NCBI GenBank assembly: GCA_039969155.1
Contig: JBDVOJ010000112.1
Location: forward strand, 3,859-67,858
DNA length: 64,000 bases
From: Kangiellaceae bacterium
Lineage (GTDB): Bacteria; Pseudomonadota; Gammaproteobacteria; Enterobacterales; Kangiellaceae
Reading direction: 5' to 3'
Numbering within the stretch: position 1 is the stretch's first letter; each line of letters starts with the position of its first letter. The notes beneath the pieces are model-generated. The model worked only from the letters and a program-made list of their open reading frames with translations. It did no database searches and was not told the DNA's origin. The position numbers were made by a program, and so were the translations under genes. This document shows, one piece after another, positions 40,961 to 50,373 of this stretch.

Positions 40961-43618
40961 CTAGAAATTTACAGAAACTTGCAGGCTTAATTCAGTTCCA
41001 ACTGTTTCTGTTAGTATATCAACGTCTTCTTGCTCAATCGTTTTATCTTCACCTAACAAATTTTTCACTTGGAATTTTAAAGTGGTATCGTAGGTCGGAT
41101 ACCAAGTGTAAATGAAATCCAATGAATGAAAAGAGTTCTCTTCCGCATCTTCAAAACCGCTCACCCCAGGTACGATTATTCGAGGACCGAACACGTTGTA
41201 AACCAAGGTAGCTGCATGTTCGTTATTTAATGCGTCCCAACCCATTTGTAGGTTAACTACCCACTCTGAATGACCAATTAATCGACGAGTGTTATTGGTA
41301 ATTACCGAAGTAACACTCTGATCAGTATTCAAAGCTTCTTTTAATTGGTCTTCAAATAAACAGTTAGCAGCACCAACAGAAGAACAAATATTCACTTCAG
41401 AATCACTATAAGTAAAGTTACCAGTAACAAAATAGTTGGCCATATCGTCACTGATAAACGATAGATCTTTTAAGAACTCAACTTCTACCCCATATAGCTG
41501 CCCGTCGGTGGCGTTAGCCGTCAACAGTTGAGGTGCCCCTTCAGTGGCACTCGGTAATTCAATTTGCTCAATCGGATTGGTGATATCTTTCCAGAAAAAC
41601 GCTACAGAGACATTTTCACCAGTTTCTAAATACCACTCCCAACGGAAGTCAATGTTGTCGACTGCAGAACTTTTAAGAGACGTTGAACCTCTGACTAAGA
41701 ACTCGGTTAAAGGATCGATATAGAAGCTAGTAGAGATGTCTCGGAAATCTGGACGAATCGTGGTTTCGCTATAATTAAATCGAAATTGCATCTCACTATC
41801 AACAATATAAGTCGCTGCGAGGGAAGGAAACAACTCATCTTCTAGCAACGGTAATTCTGAAATTGAATCAGTATCGCCAGCAAAAAAGTCTGAATGAGGC
41901 TGAAAAGGGATGGAGACTTGTCTAAAATCTTCATATCTAACGCCACCAGTCACTCGCCAGTTTTTGTTCAAATCAAAATCCGCCATAAAGTAATAAGCAT
42001 CAATTAAAGTAGCAGCTTTGTATTTATCACCGTTTGAAGTCGCGTCATCCAAACGAATATTATAATCACTTTGCGACAAATTATTATCTGACATGATTTG
42101 CGAAAAATCGTCGCCAGCTAGATATTGGGATGGGATCGAAAATGTTTGAAGTACGATTCCGATACTTTCAGCATCACGATTTTTTTCTACAAAATCAGCG
42201 CCTGCTTTTAACTCAACACTCCACGAATCGTTATAGATTGGCATGGAAAGATTAAAGCCATAGTTTTCAACATCATCTTCCAAGAATTGAAAACCATAAG
42301 TCGTATTAATATCTCTAGCCAGCTGAGAACTAGAAACACCACCAACGCGGTCGATTCTAAACGTGGTTTCAAATGCTCCAGGAGCATCTCTCTCTGTTTT
42401 ACTTTTAGACACATACCAATCAGCGCCTAGATTAAACCAGTCTGGAAAGTTATGACGACCTTTTAGCTGGTGAGAAATCAATTCCCTTTCTTCATAAAGT
42501 ACATCAACTTTGCGACGAGATTCGTCTGGCTCATTAATGGTGTTGGTGTTTTCGAATTGTCGATTTCTCAATCGATCTTTAGTATCACTAAGAAATATGT
42601 TATTCAGTTCCAAATGATGATCTTGATTAAAGTCATAACCAAGATTTAACATCCCACTCCATTTTATTTGATGTTCGGTAGACTGGCCGTCAGCAAACTC
42701 ATTAATTCTAATTTCGCCACCGGATTTCGCTAGGTTGTTAATATTTCTTTCTTCACTAACATTCCATTCGTTTTTGTAGGACAGGCTCGCCAAAAAGCCA
42801 ATTCGAGAATCACTGCCAAAGTCAATTTTGTCACCATAGGTTAGATCAAATCCGTAGTCAGGGTCGATTGACTGTTCTTGCGCATCAATGTCTCTGTTTA
42901 ATGAGCTAACAATCGCAACAGATTCTTGGGTAGATAATCCATTGAGTCCATCTCCATTAAGAGTAGAACTTAGTAAAGACGATAATTCTCTAGTTCCATC
43001 ATCGCTGCCAAAGTTATCGTCGCTACCACCAGCATACCAAGCAGAGTCATCGTTATCGAAATTAAATCCTAATTTACCACCGACTTTAAAAACTCTTTCG
43101 CTTGGGATGGATTTAGTTCGAATATCAACATTTCCTCCAGCAAAATGAGCGGGAAGGGCAGGTGAATATGATTTTTGTACATTAAGACTTTCGATAATTC
43201 CAGATGGAAATAAATCGAGTGGTAAAACCGAACGAGTCGGATCTGGACTCGGGACGGTAGCACCATTTAACAAGGTGCTAGAATATCGCTCACCTAGTCC
43301 ACGGATGTATATGTATTTTCCATCAACCAGGGTTAAGCCTGTGACACGTCTAAGTGCGGAGGCAGCATCACTATCACCCGTTCGTGAGATTTGTTCCGCA
43401 CCTAGAATATCGGCAACAAAGGCTTGATCTTTTCGTTCGTCTAAAACGGCTTGAGCACTACCCTGTAGGCGGCTTCCAGTAACCACTACTTCTTCTAACT
43501 CAGTTTCTTGATTTTCTTCCTCGGCAACCACCGAAAGCGGTGCGAGACTAGTTAACAGAGCGAAGCTGACCGCCGTCGCTGCTTTTTTAACTAGATATTT
43601 ATTGTGTAATCTATTCAT
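40961..43618 (-). CDS. TonB-dependent outer-membrane receptor
   Basis: 885 aa with a signal peptide, a TonB box/plug (EEVVVTGSRLQG...), a long beta-barrel and a terminal aromatic residue (...SLQVSVNF). Confidence 0.92.
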   Translation of the reverse strand: MNRLHNKYLVKKAATAVSFALLTSLAPLSVVAEEENQETELEEVVVTGSRLQGSAQAVLDERKDQAFVADILGAEQISRTGDSDAASALRRVTGLTLVDGKYIYIRGLGERYSSTLLNGATVPSPDPTRSVLPLDLFPSGIIESLNVQKSYSPALPAHFAGGNVDIRTKSIPSERVFKVGGKLGFNFDNDDSAWYAGGSDDNFGSDDGTRELSSLLSSTLNGDGLNGLSTQESVAIVSSLNRDIDAQEQSIDPDYGFDLTYGDKIDFGSDSRIGFLASLSYKNEWNVSEERNINNLAKSGGEIRINEFADGQSTEHQIKWSGMLNLGYDFNQDHHLELNNIFLSDTKDRLRNRQFENTNTINEPDESRRKVDVLYEERELISHQLKGRHNFPDWFNLGADWYVSKSKTERDAPGAFETTFRIDRVGGVSSSQLARDINTTYGFQFLEDDVENYGFNLSMPIYNDSWSVELKAGADFVEKNRDAESIGIVLQTFSIPSQYLAGDDFSQIMSDNNLSQSDYNIRLDDATSNGDKYKAATLIDAYYFMADFDLNKNWRVTGGVRYEDFRQVSIPFQPHSDFFAGDTDSISELPLLEDELFPSLAATYIVDSEMQFRFNYSETTIRPDFRDISTSFYIDPLTEFLVRGSTSLKSSAVDNIDFRWEWYLETGENVSVAFFWKDITNPIEQIELPSATEGAPQLLTANATDGQLYGVEVEFLKDLSFISDDMANYFVTGNFTYSDSEVNICSSVGAANCLFEDQLKEALNTDQSVTSVITNNTRRLIGHSEWVVNLQMGWDALNNEHAATLVYNVFGPRIIVPGVSGFEDAEENSFHSLDFIYTWYPTYDTTLKFQVKNLLGEDKTIEQEDVDILTETVGTELSLQVSVNF

Positions 43619-43765
43619 TACTTACTCCAACAAAATTGTTGCTTTTTTGTTTCATTTCTCGCGCTAAGGGGTTTGAAAAATCGAAGAATCTATCAACTCA
43701 AGATTACTCCTGCCGCGATGAACTTATGATTCAATTAATATTCTTTTCTATCTAATTTAAATAAA

Positions 43766-43794
43766 GGGAAATAAGATCTTCGATCCTATTTCCC
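43766..43794 (-). terminator. rho-independent terminator after the triplicated lipoprotein gene
   Basis: The stem is GGGAAATA-N13-TATTTCCC and is followed by TTTATTT on the minus strand. Confidence 0.6.
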
Positions 43795-43813
43795 TCATAG
43801 TCTGGATTTATGA

Positions 43814-46800
43814 TTAGTCGTCTAGACCAACAGTGACCCAGCCAGCAGTCCAATCGTTGTCTTCACCAACCGCACCGATAAAGTCAGGGCTATCAAACCA
43901 GCTGTCAATGCTATTCATATCAGCAGCCGCTGCAGAAGTTGCAGTCTCGTATCCAGTGATAACATCAGCCATTGTTGCTTCGACACTGTTACCTGTTTGT
44001 GCCAAGAACCAGTCTTCAGTCGTTGTTGTTGCTGTTGCGTTACCTTTGAAGTTTTCGCCGTTTTCGCAAGCAACTACACTGTTTTGCATGATAAGTGCAC
44101 CAGACTCTGCATTCGCTTGAGTTTCAGGGAAGCTATCAACTTCCAAGCACTCTCCCATGCCTGCAGGTCCAGTGATTAGCACGTTGTATAATTCGCCAGC
44201 AGTTCCGTGTCTTAATAAAACGCCTTCTGAATCTTCATTAGCGGCGCCAATAATGGTGAAATTAGCGATGACTGGAGTCGTTAGCGGAGTAGCCGCTGGC
44301 GCTTCTTCACCGTTGTCAGCTTCAATACCACGATTAACAAAAGCTGCATCATGTTTGATTAATACGTACTGAGCTCTGCCAGTCCAACCAAATGACCAGT
44401 CGAAAGAGTCATCGCCGTTAGCAGTCAACACTAAATGTCTAACGTCTACGGTACCGCCAAAGAACTCGACACCGTCATCTAAATTCATATGAACTTGGAT
44501 GTAGTCAACATTTGTCTCGCTTCCAACACCCGCGAATGAAATTCCGTTTAGCTCATCACCTGAACCAAGTGCTTTACCTGCGTACTTAACAACCACATAA
44601 CGTAGCGTTCCAGAATTATCTTCAGCGTTGTCGCCACCGTACAATCCAGCGTCACCTTCTGCACTAATTCCACAGTTAGCCAACTCAGTTGCATCAGCAA
44701 CGTCATCACCATTTCCATCACAAAGATTAGATGGCGCATTACCTAACAATACTAATCCACCCCATTGTCCAACAGCCGTTGCTTGACCTGTCACATCTTG
44801 AACCGAAGTCATGATGATTGGAGACGATGCACTACCTAACGCTTCAATTTTTGAACCACGGCGAGCGACTAAGAAGTCATCACCCGTTTCGCCAATTAGG
44901 GTTGTTCCTGGCTCGATATATAGAGTGGCGCTATTTGCGTTGTCTTCACCAACCGCTGTACGACCTTTTAACACCCAATGCTTGTCATTAGTTAGAACCA
45001 CATCGGATGTAAACACGACGTCAGCATCTAACTTATAAACGGGCTTATCAGTAATTGCAGCAAACTCTCCAGAGGCATCGGTCGCTAGACCTTGCGCATC
45101 AGCAGAAGTGATATCGGTAGGGATACCTGTGTTAACACCAACAGTCCAACCTTCCATCCAGTTACTTTCACCATCAAATGCACCAATGTAATCAGTTGAG
45201 CGGAACCAAGAGTCGCTATAGGCATCTGCTGCGTCTACACCTGCTCCTAGTAAAGGAGAACCAGATTGAGGAGTAAATCCATCAGCTAATAGAACTAAGG
45301 CTTCTGAGTTATCAAATGCACTGTTACCAGTTTGACCTAAGAACCAATCTTCAGTGGTAGTCGCGTCAGTCGCATTCCCTTTAAAGTTCTCACCATTTTC
45401 ACAAGCTACGATAGAATGAGTCATGATTAATGAACCGTTCTCAGCATTCGCTCGAGTTTCTGGGAAACTATCAACTTCTAAACATTCGCCCATGCCTGCA
45501 GGACCCGTAATTACAAAGTTGTGTAATCGTCCAGCCGTTCCGTGACGAAGTAGGACACCTTCAGAATCACTGCCCGGAGCGTTAGCACCACGAATGGTTA
45601 CATTACTTACGATAGGGTTAGTTAAAGGAGTCGCAGCTGGAAACTCTTCGCCGTTGTCGGCTTCGAAACCGCGATTGGCTTGTGTGTCGTTGTGCTGTAC
45701 ATAGATGAATTGAGCGCGACCAGTCCAACCAAATGACCAATCAAAGCTATCGTCACCATTTCCGGTTAAAACAACGTGGCTAACATCAATACTTCCACCA
45801 AAAAACTCAACACCGTCGTCAAGATTTTCGTGAACTTGAATGTAATCAACAATCGTTCCACTACCAACACCCGCAAATGAAATACCATTTAGCTCATCAC
45901 CTGAACCAAGTGCTTTACCTGCTTGTTTAACCACTACAAACTTAAGTGTTCCAGAGTCGTCTTCAGAATCATTACCACCGTAAAGACCTGCATCACCTTC
46001 AGCATTGATACTACATCCAGCTAACTCATCAGCATCAGCAACATTGTCGCCATTTGCATCACACAAATTCGAAGGCGCGTTACCTAAGAGAACTAAACCA
46101 CCCCATTGCCCGATATCTGTTTCTTCGCCAGTCACATCTTGAATCGAAGTCATTATAATCGGAGCACCGGCTGTACCAACTGCCTCAATTTTAGAATCAC
46201 GACGAACCACTAAGAAGTCATCACCCGATTCTCCAATCAAAGTGGTACCTTGTTGGATATATAGAGTGGCACTGTTGGCTCGATCATTACCGACAGCCGT
46301 TCGGCCATTTAGGATCCAATGAGCATCGTTAGTCAGAGTCACATCAGAAGTAAACGTGGTGCCATTGGCCAAACGATAAACTGGCTTGTCAGTAATTTCT
46401 GGAAACTCGCTAGAAACGTTTGAAGCTAAACCTTGTTGAAGTGCATTTTGAATGTTAGCAGGGAAACCGCCTTTAACGCCCACAGCCCATCCTTCGGTCC
46501 AGTCATTAGTTCCATCGAAAGCACCGACATAATCAACACTATCGAAGAAGCTATCAACTGCAGAAACATCTAGTCCAGCTCCTAGAAGTGGCGAACTTGT
46601 TGTTGGCATATAACCGTTGACTTCCATTTGTACTGATGAAGAATCGGCAAATGCAAGGTTCCCTGTTTGGCCTAAGAACCAATCTTCTGTGGTCAATGTA
46701 TCGGTGGCATTCCCTTTAAAATTTTCACCATTATCACAAGCGATCACAGAGTGAGTCATGGTCAACTCTCCACTTTCGGCATTCGCTCGAGTTTCTGGAA

Positions 46801-47902
46801 AGCTGTCTACTTCTAAACATTCGCCCATTCCAGTTGGACCTGTTACCACGATATTATGTAGGTTGCCTGCGGTTCCATGACGAAGAAGAACACCTTCTGA
46901 ATTGGCATCAGGAACATTGCCACCAACAATCGTAAAATTTGAAATAATTGGCTTTGTTAATGGAGTTGCTGCTGGAAATTCTTCGCCGTTGTCTGCTTCT
47001 ATAGCACGATTTCCAGCTGTGTCATTTGCTTGAACATAAACGTATTGTGCTTTTCCTGTCCAACCGAATGACCAATCAAAAGCGTCATCGCCGTTGCCTG
47101 TTAAAACAACATGTTTAACATTGACCGAACCACCGAAAAACTCAACACCGTCATCAAGGTTTTCGTGAACCTGAATGTAATCAACATTCGTTCCACTACC
47201 AACACCAGCAAATGAAATACCGTTTAGCTCATCACCTGAACCTAACGCTTTACCCGCTTGTTTAACAATCACATATTCAAGCGAACCAGAATTATCTTCT
47301 GAATCGTCGCCACCATATAGTCCGGCATCTCCTTCTGCACTAATGCTACAGTTAGCTAGCTCAGTTGCATCGGCGACATCGTCACCATTGGCATCACACA
47401 GGTTTGACGGAGCGTTACCCAAAAGGACCAATCCGCCCCATTGACCTATAGCGGTTTCTCCTCCAGTGACATCTTCAAGTGACGTCATAGTAATGGGTGA
47501 AGATTGATTACCATTTGCTTGGATAGTTGAACCACGACGAACCACCAAAAAGTCGTCTCCTGAACGTCCGATAACAGTTGTGCCTGCTTCAATGGTCAAC
47601 TCAGATGAACTTGCTCGGTCTTCACCAACAGCAACTCTTCCAGTCAATACCCATAAAGCATCATTGCTAAAAGTCGCGTCTGCGGTGAGGGTTCCAGTCA
47701 CTTCACACACATTGTCGAAACTACCAATTGCGTCAATTTTTGTTGCGAAACTAGGACAGGTAAATCCTGTCACTGGGGGTTGGACTACTGGGGGCTGAAC
47801 GACTTCATCGCCTTCAACAATTGAAATATCTCCACCGCCGCAACCCGTGAGTGCTAAAACACCCGCCACTGCACTAACAGAGATTAGTTGGTTAAATTTC
47901 AT
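43814..47902 (-). CDS. 1362-aa surface lipoprotein made of three tandem ~445-aa repeats of an uncharacterised beta-helix-like module
   Basis: It has a lipobox (LTGCGGG). The motif set IGQWGG(L)VLLGNAP, GDELNGISFAGVGSGT, DYIQVH.NLDDGVEFFGG, GDD(A/S)FDWSFGWTG and EADNGEE occurs three times. The DNA-level period is 1335-1341 bp (the CCCCATTG landmark is at 47436, 46101 and 44760). Confidence 0.85.
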   Translation of the reverse strand: MKFNQLISVSAVAGVLALTGCGGGDISIVEGDEVVQPPVVQPPVTGFTCPSFATKIDAIGSFDNVCEVTGTLTADATFSNDALWVLTGRVAVGEDRASSSELTIEAGTTVIGRSGDDFLVVRRGSTIQANGNQSSPITMTSLEDVTGGETAIGQWGGLVLLGNAPSNLCDANGDDVADATELANCSISAEGDAGLYGGDDSEDNSGSLEYVIVKQAGKALGSGDELNGISFAGVGSGTNVDYIQVHENLDDGVEFFGGSVNVKHVVLTGNGDDAFDWSFGWTGKAQYVYVQANDTAGNRAIEADNGEEFPAATPLTKPIISNFTIVGGNVPDANSEGVLLRHGTAGNLHNIVVTGPTGMGECLEVDSFPETRANAESGELTMTHSVIACDNGENFKGNATDTLTTEDWFLGQTGNLAFADSSSVQMEVNGYMPTTSSPLLGAGLDVSAVDSFFDSVDYVGAFDGTNDWTEGWAVGVKGGFPANIQNALQQGLASNVSSEFPEITDKPVYRLANGTTFTSDVTLTNDAHWILNGRTAVGNDRANSATLYIQQGTTLIGESGDDFLVVRRDSKIEAVGTAGAPIIMTSIQDVTGEETDIGQWGGLVLLGNAPSNLCDANGDNVADADELAGCSINAEGDAGLYGGNDSEDDSGTLKFVVVKQAGKALGSGDELNGISFAGVGSGTIVDYIQVHENLDDGVEFFGGSIDVSHVVLTGNGDDSFDWSFGWTGRAQFIYVQHNDTQANRGFEADNGEEFPAATPLTNPIVSNVTIRGANAPGSDSEGVLLRHGTAGRLHNFVITGPAGMGECLEVDSFPETRANAENGSLIMTHSIVACENGENFKGNATDATTTEDWFLGQTGNSAFDNSEALVLLADGFTPQSGSPLLGAGVDAADAYSDSWFRSTDYIGAFDGESNWMEGWTVGVNTGIPTDITSADAQGLATDASGEFAAITDKPVYKLDADVVFTSDVVLTNDKHWVLKGRTAVGEDNANSATLYIEPGTTLIGETGDDFLVARRGSKIEALGSASSPIIMTSVQDVTGQATAVGQWGGLVLLGNAPSNLCDGNGDDVADATELANCGISAEGDAGLYGGDNAEDNSGTLRYVVVKYAGKALGSGDELNGISFAGVGSETNVDYIQVHMNLDDGVEFFGGTVDVRHLVLTANGDDSFDWSFGWTGRAQYVLIKHDAAFVNRGIEADNGEEAPAATPLTTPVIANFTIIGAANEDSEGVLLRHGTAGELYNVLITGPAGMGECLEVDSFPETQANAESGALIMQNSVVACENGENFKGNATATTTTEDWFLAQTGNSVEATMADVITGYETATSAAAADMNSIDSWFDSPDFIGAVGEDNDWTAGWVTVGLDD

Positions 47903-47975
47903 AGTTTACTCCACTCGGATAACAATTTGTTTTATTAAGATCGGTTACAGAATAGGCCGAGTAGATTTCAGAAAA

Positions 47976-48003
47976 ATGACAACTTGTGACAGTTAAATGA
48001 CAT
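47976..48003 (-). promoter_or_regulatory. Pho box (plus a third half-site) upstream of the triplicated lipoprotein gene
   Basis: The minus strand reads ATGTCAT-TTAA-CTGTCAC-AAG-TTGTCAT. The first two 7-mers are in an exact 11-bp register and the third is offset by 1. Confidence 0.75.
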
Positions 48004-48170
48004 TCTAAAAATTGAGATATTTGAGTGGTGACGCTTTATTCTTAGGAATTCTCTAGCACTAGTAATTCCACATAACTGGATTTAACAGAGAATTATTAAC
48101 AAATTCTTACGAGTTTATTTCTTATTAATTTCAAATGTTTAGAGCGATTCTTACGGATTATAACGTTAAA

Positions 48171-48233
48171 AACTAATTTATTAGTTGATAGCTAAAGTTT
48201 CATCTTATACACTTAAAAACTAAATAATTAGTA
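48171..48233 (+). promoter_or_regulatory. two near-identical 16-bp dyads (candidate BlaI-family operators)
   Basis: AACTAATTTATTAGTT (48171-48186) and AACTAAATAATTAGTA (48218-48233) lie 47 bp apart, just upstream of the BlaI-family repressor gene. Confidence 0.5.
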
Positions 48234-48244
48234 GGACGTAAACG

Positions 48245-48625
48245 ATGGCTAGAAAACCCTCGTCACAATTGACCGATAGCGAACAAAATATCATGCGAAT
48301 ACTCTGGGATAGGGGAGAGGCCTCGGTTAGAGAGATCACCGATATTTTGTCGCAAGATAAAAAAACGGCTTACACCACGGTGCAAACCATGTGCAAGATT
48401 TTGGCTGACAAAGGTTACGCCGACTTCCACAAACAAGGCAAAGCGTTTATCTACTCACCCAAAATTACTCAGCAAGAGGCTAGGCAGGGCGCGCTGACGA
48501 GTATGTTGAATAAATTTTTTGGTGGCTCGCCAAAGGTATTGGCTCAGCATTTGTTAGAAGAAACCAATATCGATTTAAAAGATCTTGAAGAATTACAGAA
48601 TAAAATAGATCAAGCAGAAGATTAA
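48245..48625 (+). CDS. BlaI/MecI/CopY-family winged-helix transcriptional repressor
   Basis: 126 aa with LTDSEQNIMRILWDRGEASVREI...AYTTVQTMCKILADKGY, which is typical of the family. Confidence 0.88.
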   Translation: MARKPSSQLTDSEQNIMRILWDRGEASVREITDILSQDKKTAYTTVQTMCKILADKGYADFHKQGKAFIYSPKITQQEARQGALTSMLNKFFGGSPKVLAQHLLEETNIDLKDLEELQNKIDQAED

Positions 48626-48662
48626 TTGTAATGGAAATTTATTCTCCGGGACTAAGAATATT

Positions 48663-50210
48663 ATGATTGCCGAATTTACTGTATTTGTGACTCTAGCAAC
48701 TCATCATCTAATTATTGGTGTTGCGCTTTTTGTTCTATTGCGCCTGCTCTTTACCACAATAAGAGTTTCACCCGAACTTAGAAGTTGGCTTTGGCTCACG
48801 GCTTTTTTTATGGCGACTATTGTTCCAGTCACTTTAATTCAAGAAAGTAATGATGCGATTAATCAAACATTGTTTGCTACTAAGGCAAATAAAACGGCAA
48901 CGCCAAAGGCCCAGGCTCCAAGTCTAAATAAGCAGCCAATACTCGCCGATGCCAATACCATTTGGATAGCTCCTACCGAAGTTATTTTCCATTCTAATCA
49001 ATTGCTAAAGCTATTTTGCATGATTTGGATTCTTGGCAGTTTATGGCGCTGCTATAACTTGTTTCAGTCACATCAAAAGACTATTGGACTTTTAACGCTA
49101 AGTAGAGACTCCGAAACACTTAAATCTTTAGCGAAACGATTTCAAATTGAAATTTTAGAATCAAATGAAATTGGCAGCCCCTCAGTGATTGGCCTTTTTA
49201 AACCCAAAGTCGTTATTCCACGTCAGTTTATTGAACAGTTTTCATTAGAACAGCTTGAGCCAATCGTGTTGCATGAAATGGCACATATTCAGCGGCGTGA
49301 TACTTGGATTAGCATGCTGCAAGAATTAATAGCCGTAATCTTTTGGTGGAGTCCAATCGTTAGGATTTTAAACAAACGAATTCATATTGATAGAGAACTC
49401 GCTTGTGATCTGCGAGCCGCCAAACAAATCAGTAACAAACAATATGCTCAGTCATTAGTTGATTGTGCTCGAATAATGATTACCCAAAAAAGGAGCATCC
49501 TAGCTATGGGACTTTTTAGTCAGAAAAAAGAATTATTACAACGCGTTGACCAGGTGTTACGCAGTCGAAAAGTTATGCAACCTAGCCTCTGGTTGGTCAG
49601 TGGTGTTTGCCTCTCACTCTCACTAGTGACAATTGGTGCGACTCAAACCTTTTCGCCGAAAGTGAGTATTGTAAAGGCAAAAAATGATGCCAAACAATAT
49701 TCTTTCCTTTCCCAAAGAACAGGACAACAGCTAATTGCGGCTGTTTCGGCCAATGACATAGAAACTATTCGCTTCCTGCAATCAAGAGGGGTTGATATAG
49801 ATACGCCAGCAATTGGCGACGGAACCGCATTAATGATAGCCGTTAAAGAGAATAACCGAACGATGGTCGAAGCCTTATTGCAACTAGGTGCCAATGTAAA
49901 CCAAGCCTCTCGCTTTGATGGCAATCCGTTGATTGTAGCAGCCATGAGAAATCGCCTTGAATTAGCTCAGCTTTTAATTGACAGCGGTGCCGATGTAAAT
50001 GCCATTGTCACTTATGATGAAACTCCTTTGATTAACGCGACTCGTCGAGGTTATTTAGAAATGACTAAATTGCTGATCGATAATGGTGCTGATGTGAACT
50101 TAGCTGTGCAAACTGGAGCACTCGACGGTTCTAAAATTCGCTCACCTTTGAACATGGCGAATAATGCCGAGGTTCGTGAATTTCTAATAGAGCAGGGCGC
50201 CGTCGAATAA
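48663..50210 (+). CDS. BlaR1-like M56 signal-transducing peptidase with a C-terminal ankyrin-repeat domain
   Basis: 515 aa with N-terminal TM segments and the zinc motif HEMAHIQRRD. After the last TM there are 3-4 ankyrin repeats (GDGTALMIAVKENNRTMVEALLQLGANVN..., PLINATRRGYLEMTKLLIDNGADVN). Confidence 0.8.
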   Translation: MIAEFTVFVTLATHHLIIGVALFVLLRLLFTTIRVSPELRSWLWLTAFFMATIVPVTLIQESNDAINQTLFATKANKTATPKAQAPSLNKQPILADANTIWIAPTEVIFHSNQLLKLFCMIWILGSLWRCYNLFQSHQKTIGLLTLSRDSETLKSLAKRFQIEILESNEIGSPSVIGLFKPKVVIPRQFIEQFSLEQLEPIVLHEMAHIQRRDTWISMLQELIAVIFWWSPIVRILNKRIHIDRELACDLRAAKQISNKQYAQSLVDCARIMITQKRSILAMGLFSQKKELLQRVDQVLRSRKVMQPSLWLVSGVCLSLSLVTIGATQTFSPKVSIVKAKNDAKQYSFLSQRTGQQLIAAVSANDIETIRFLQSRGVDIDTPAIGDGTALMIAVKENNRTMVEALLQLGANVNQASRFDGNPLIVAAMRNRLELAQLLIDSGADVNAIVTYDETPLINATRRGYLEMTKLLIDNGADVNLAVQTGALDGSKIRSPLNMANNAEVREFLIEQGAVE

Positions 50211-50373
50211 GTAATACGCAATCAAGCGCTTAGAGAATTCTAAGCTGACCCACTTAAAACTAATTTTCAACACCGAAGTTTAAACTTGGATTTATTCAAG
50301 CGGACGCTCTCGGCTTAAAAAAGGATAACAGCATGTACAATGCATCAAAACACAAACAATCGGAGAGGTTTAT

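Noticed and set aside
43619-43765. Separate Pho box for the TonB-dependent receptor gene
   Set aside because: Reading the minus strand between the terminator and the TBDR start, I found no pair of TGTCA-like 7-mers in an 11-bp register. Regulation of the receptor may be by read-through or by another factor.
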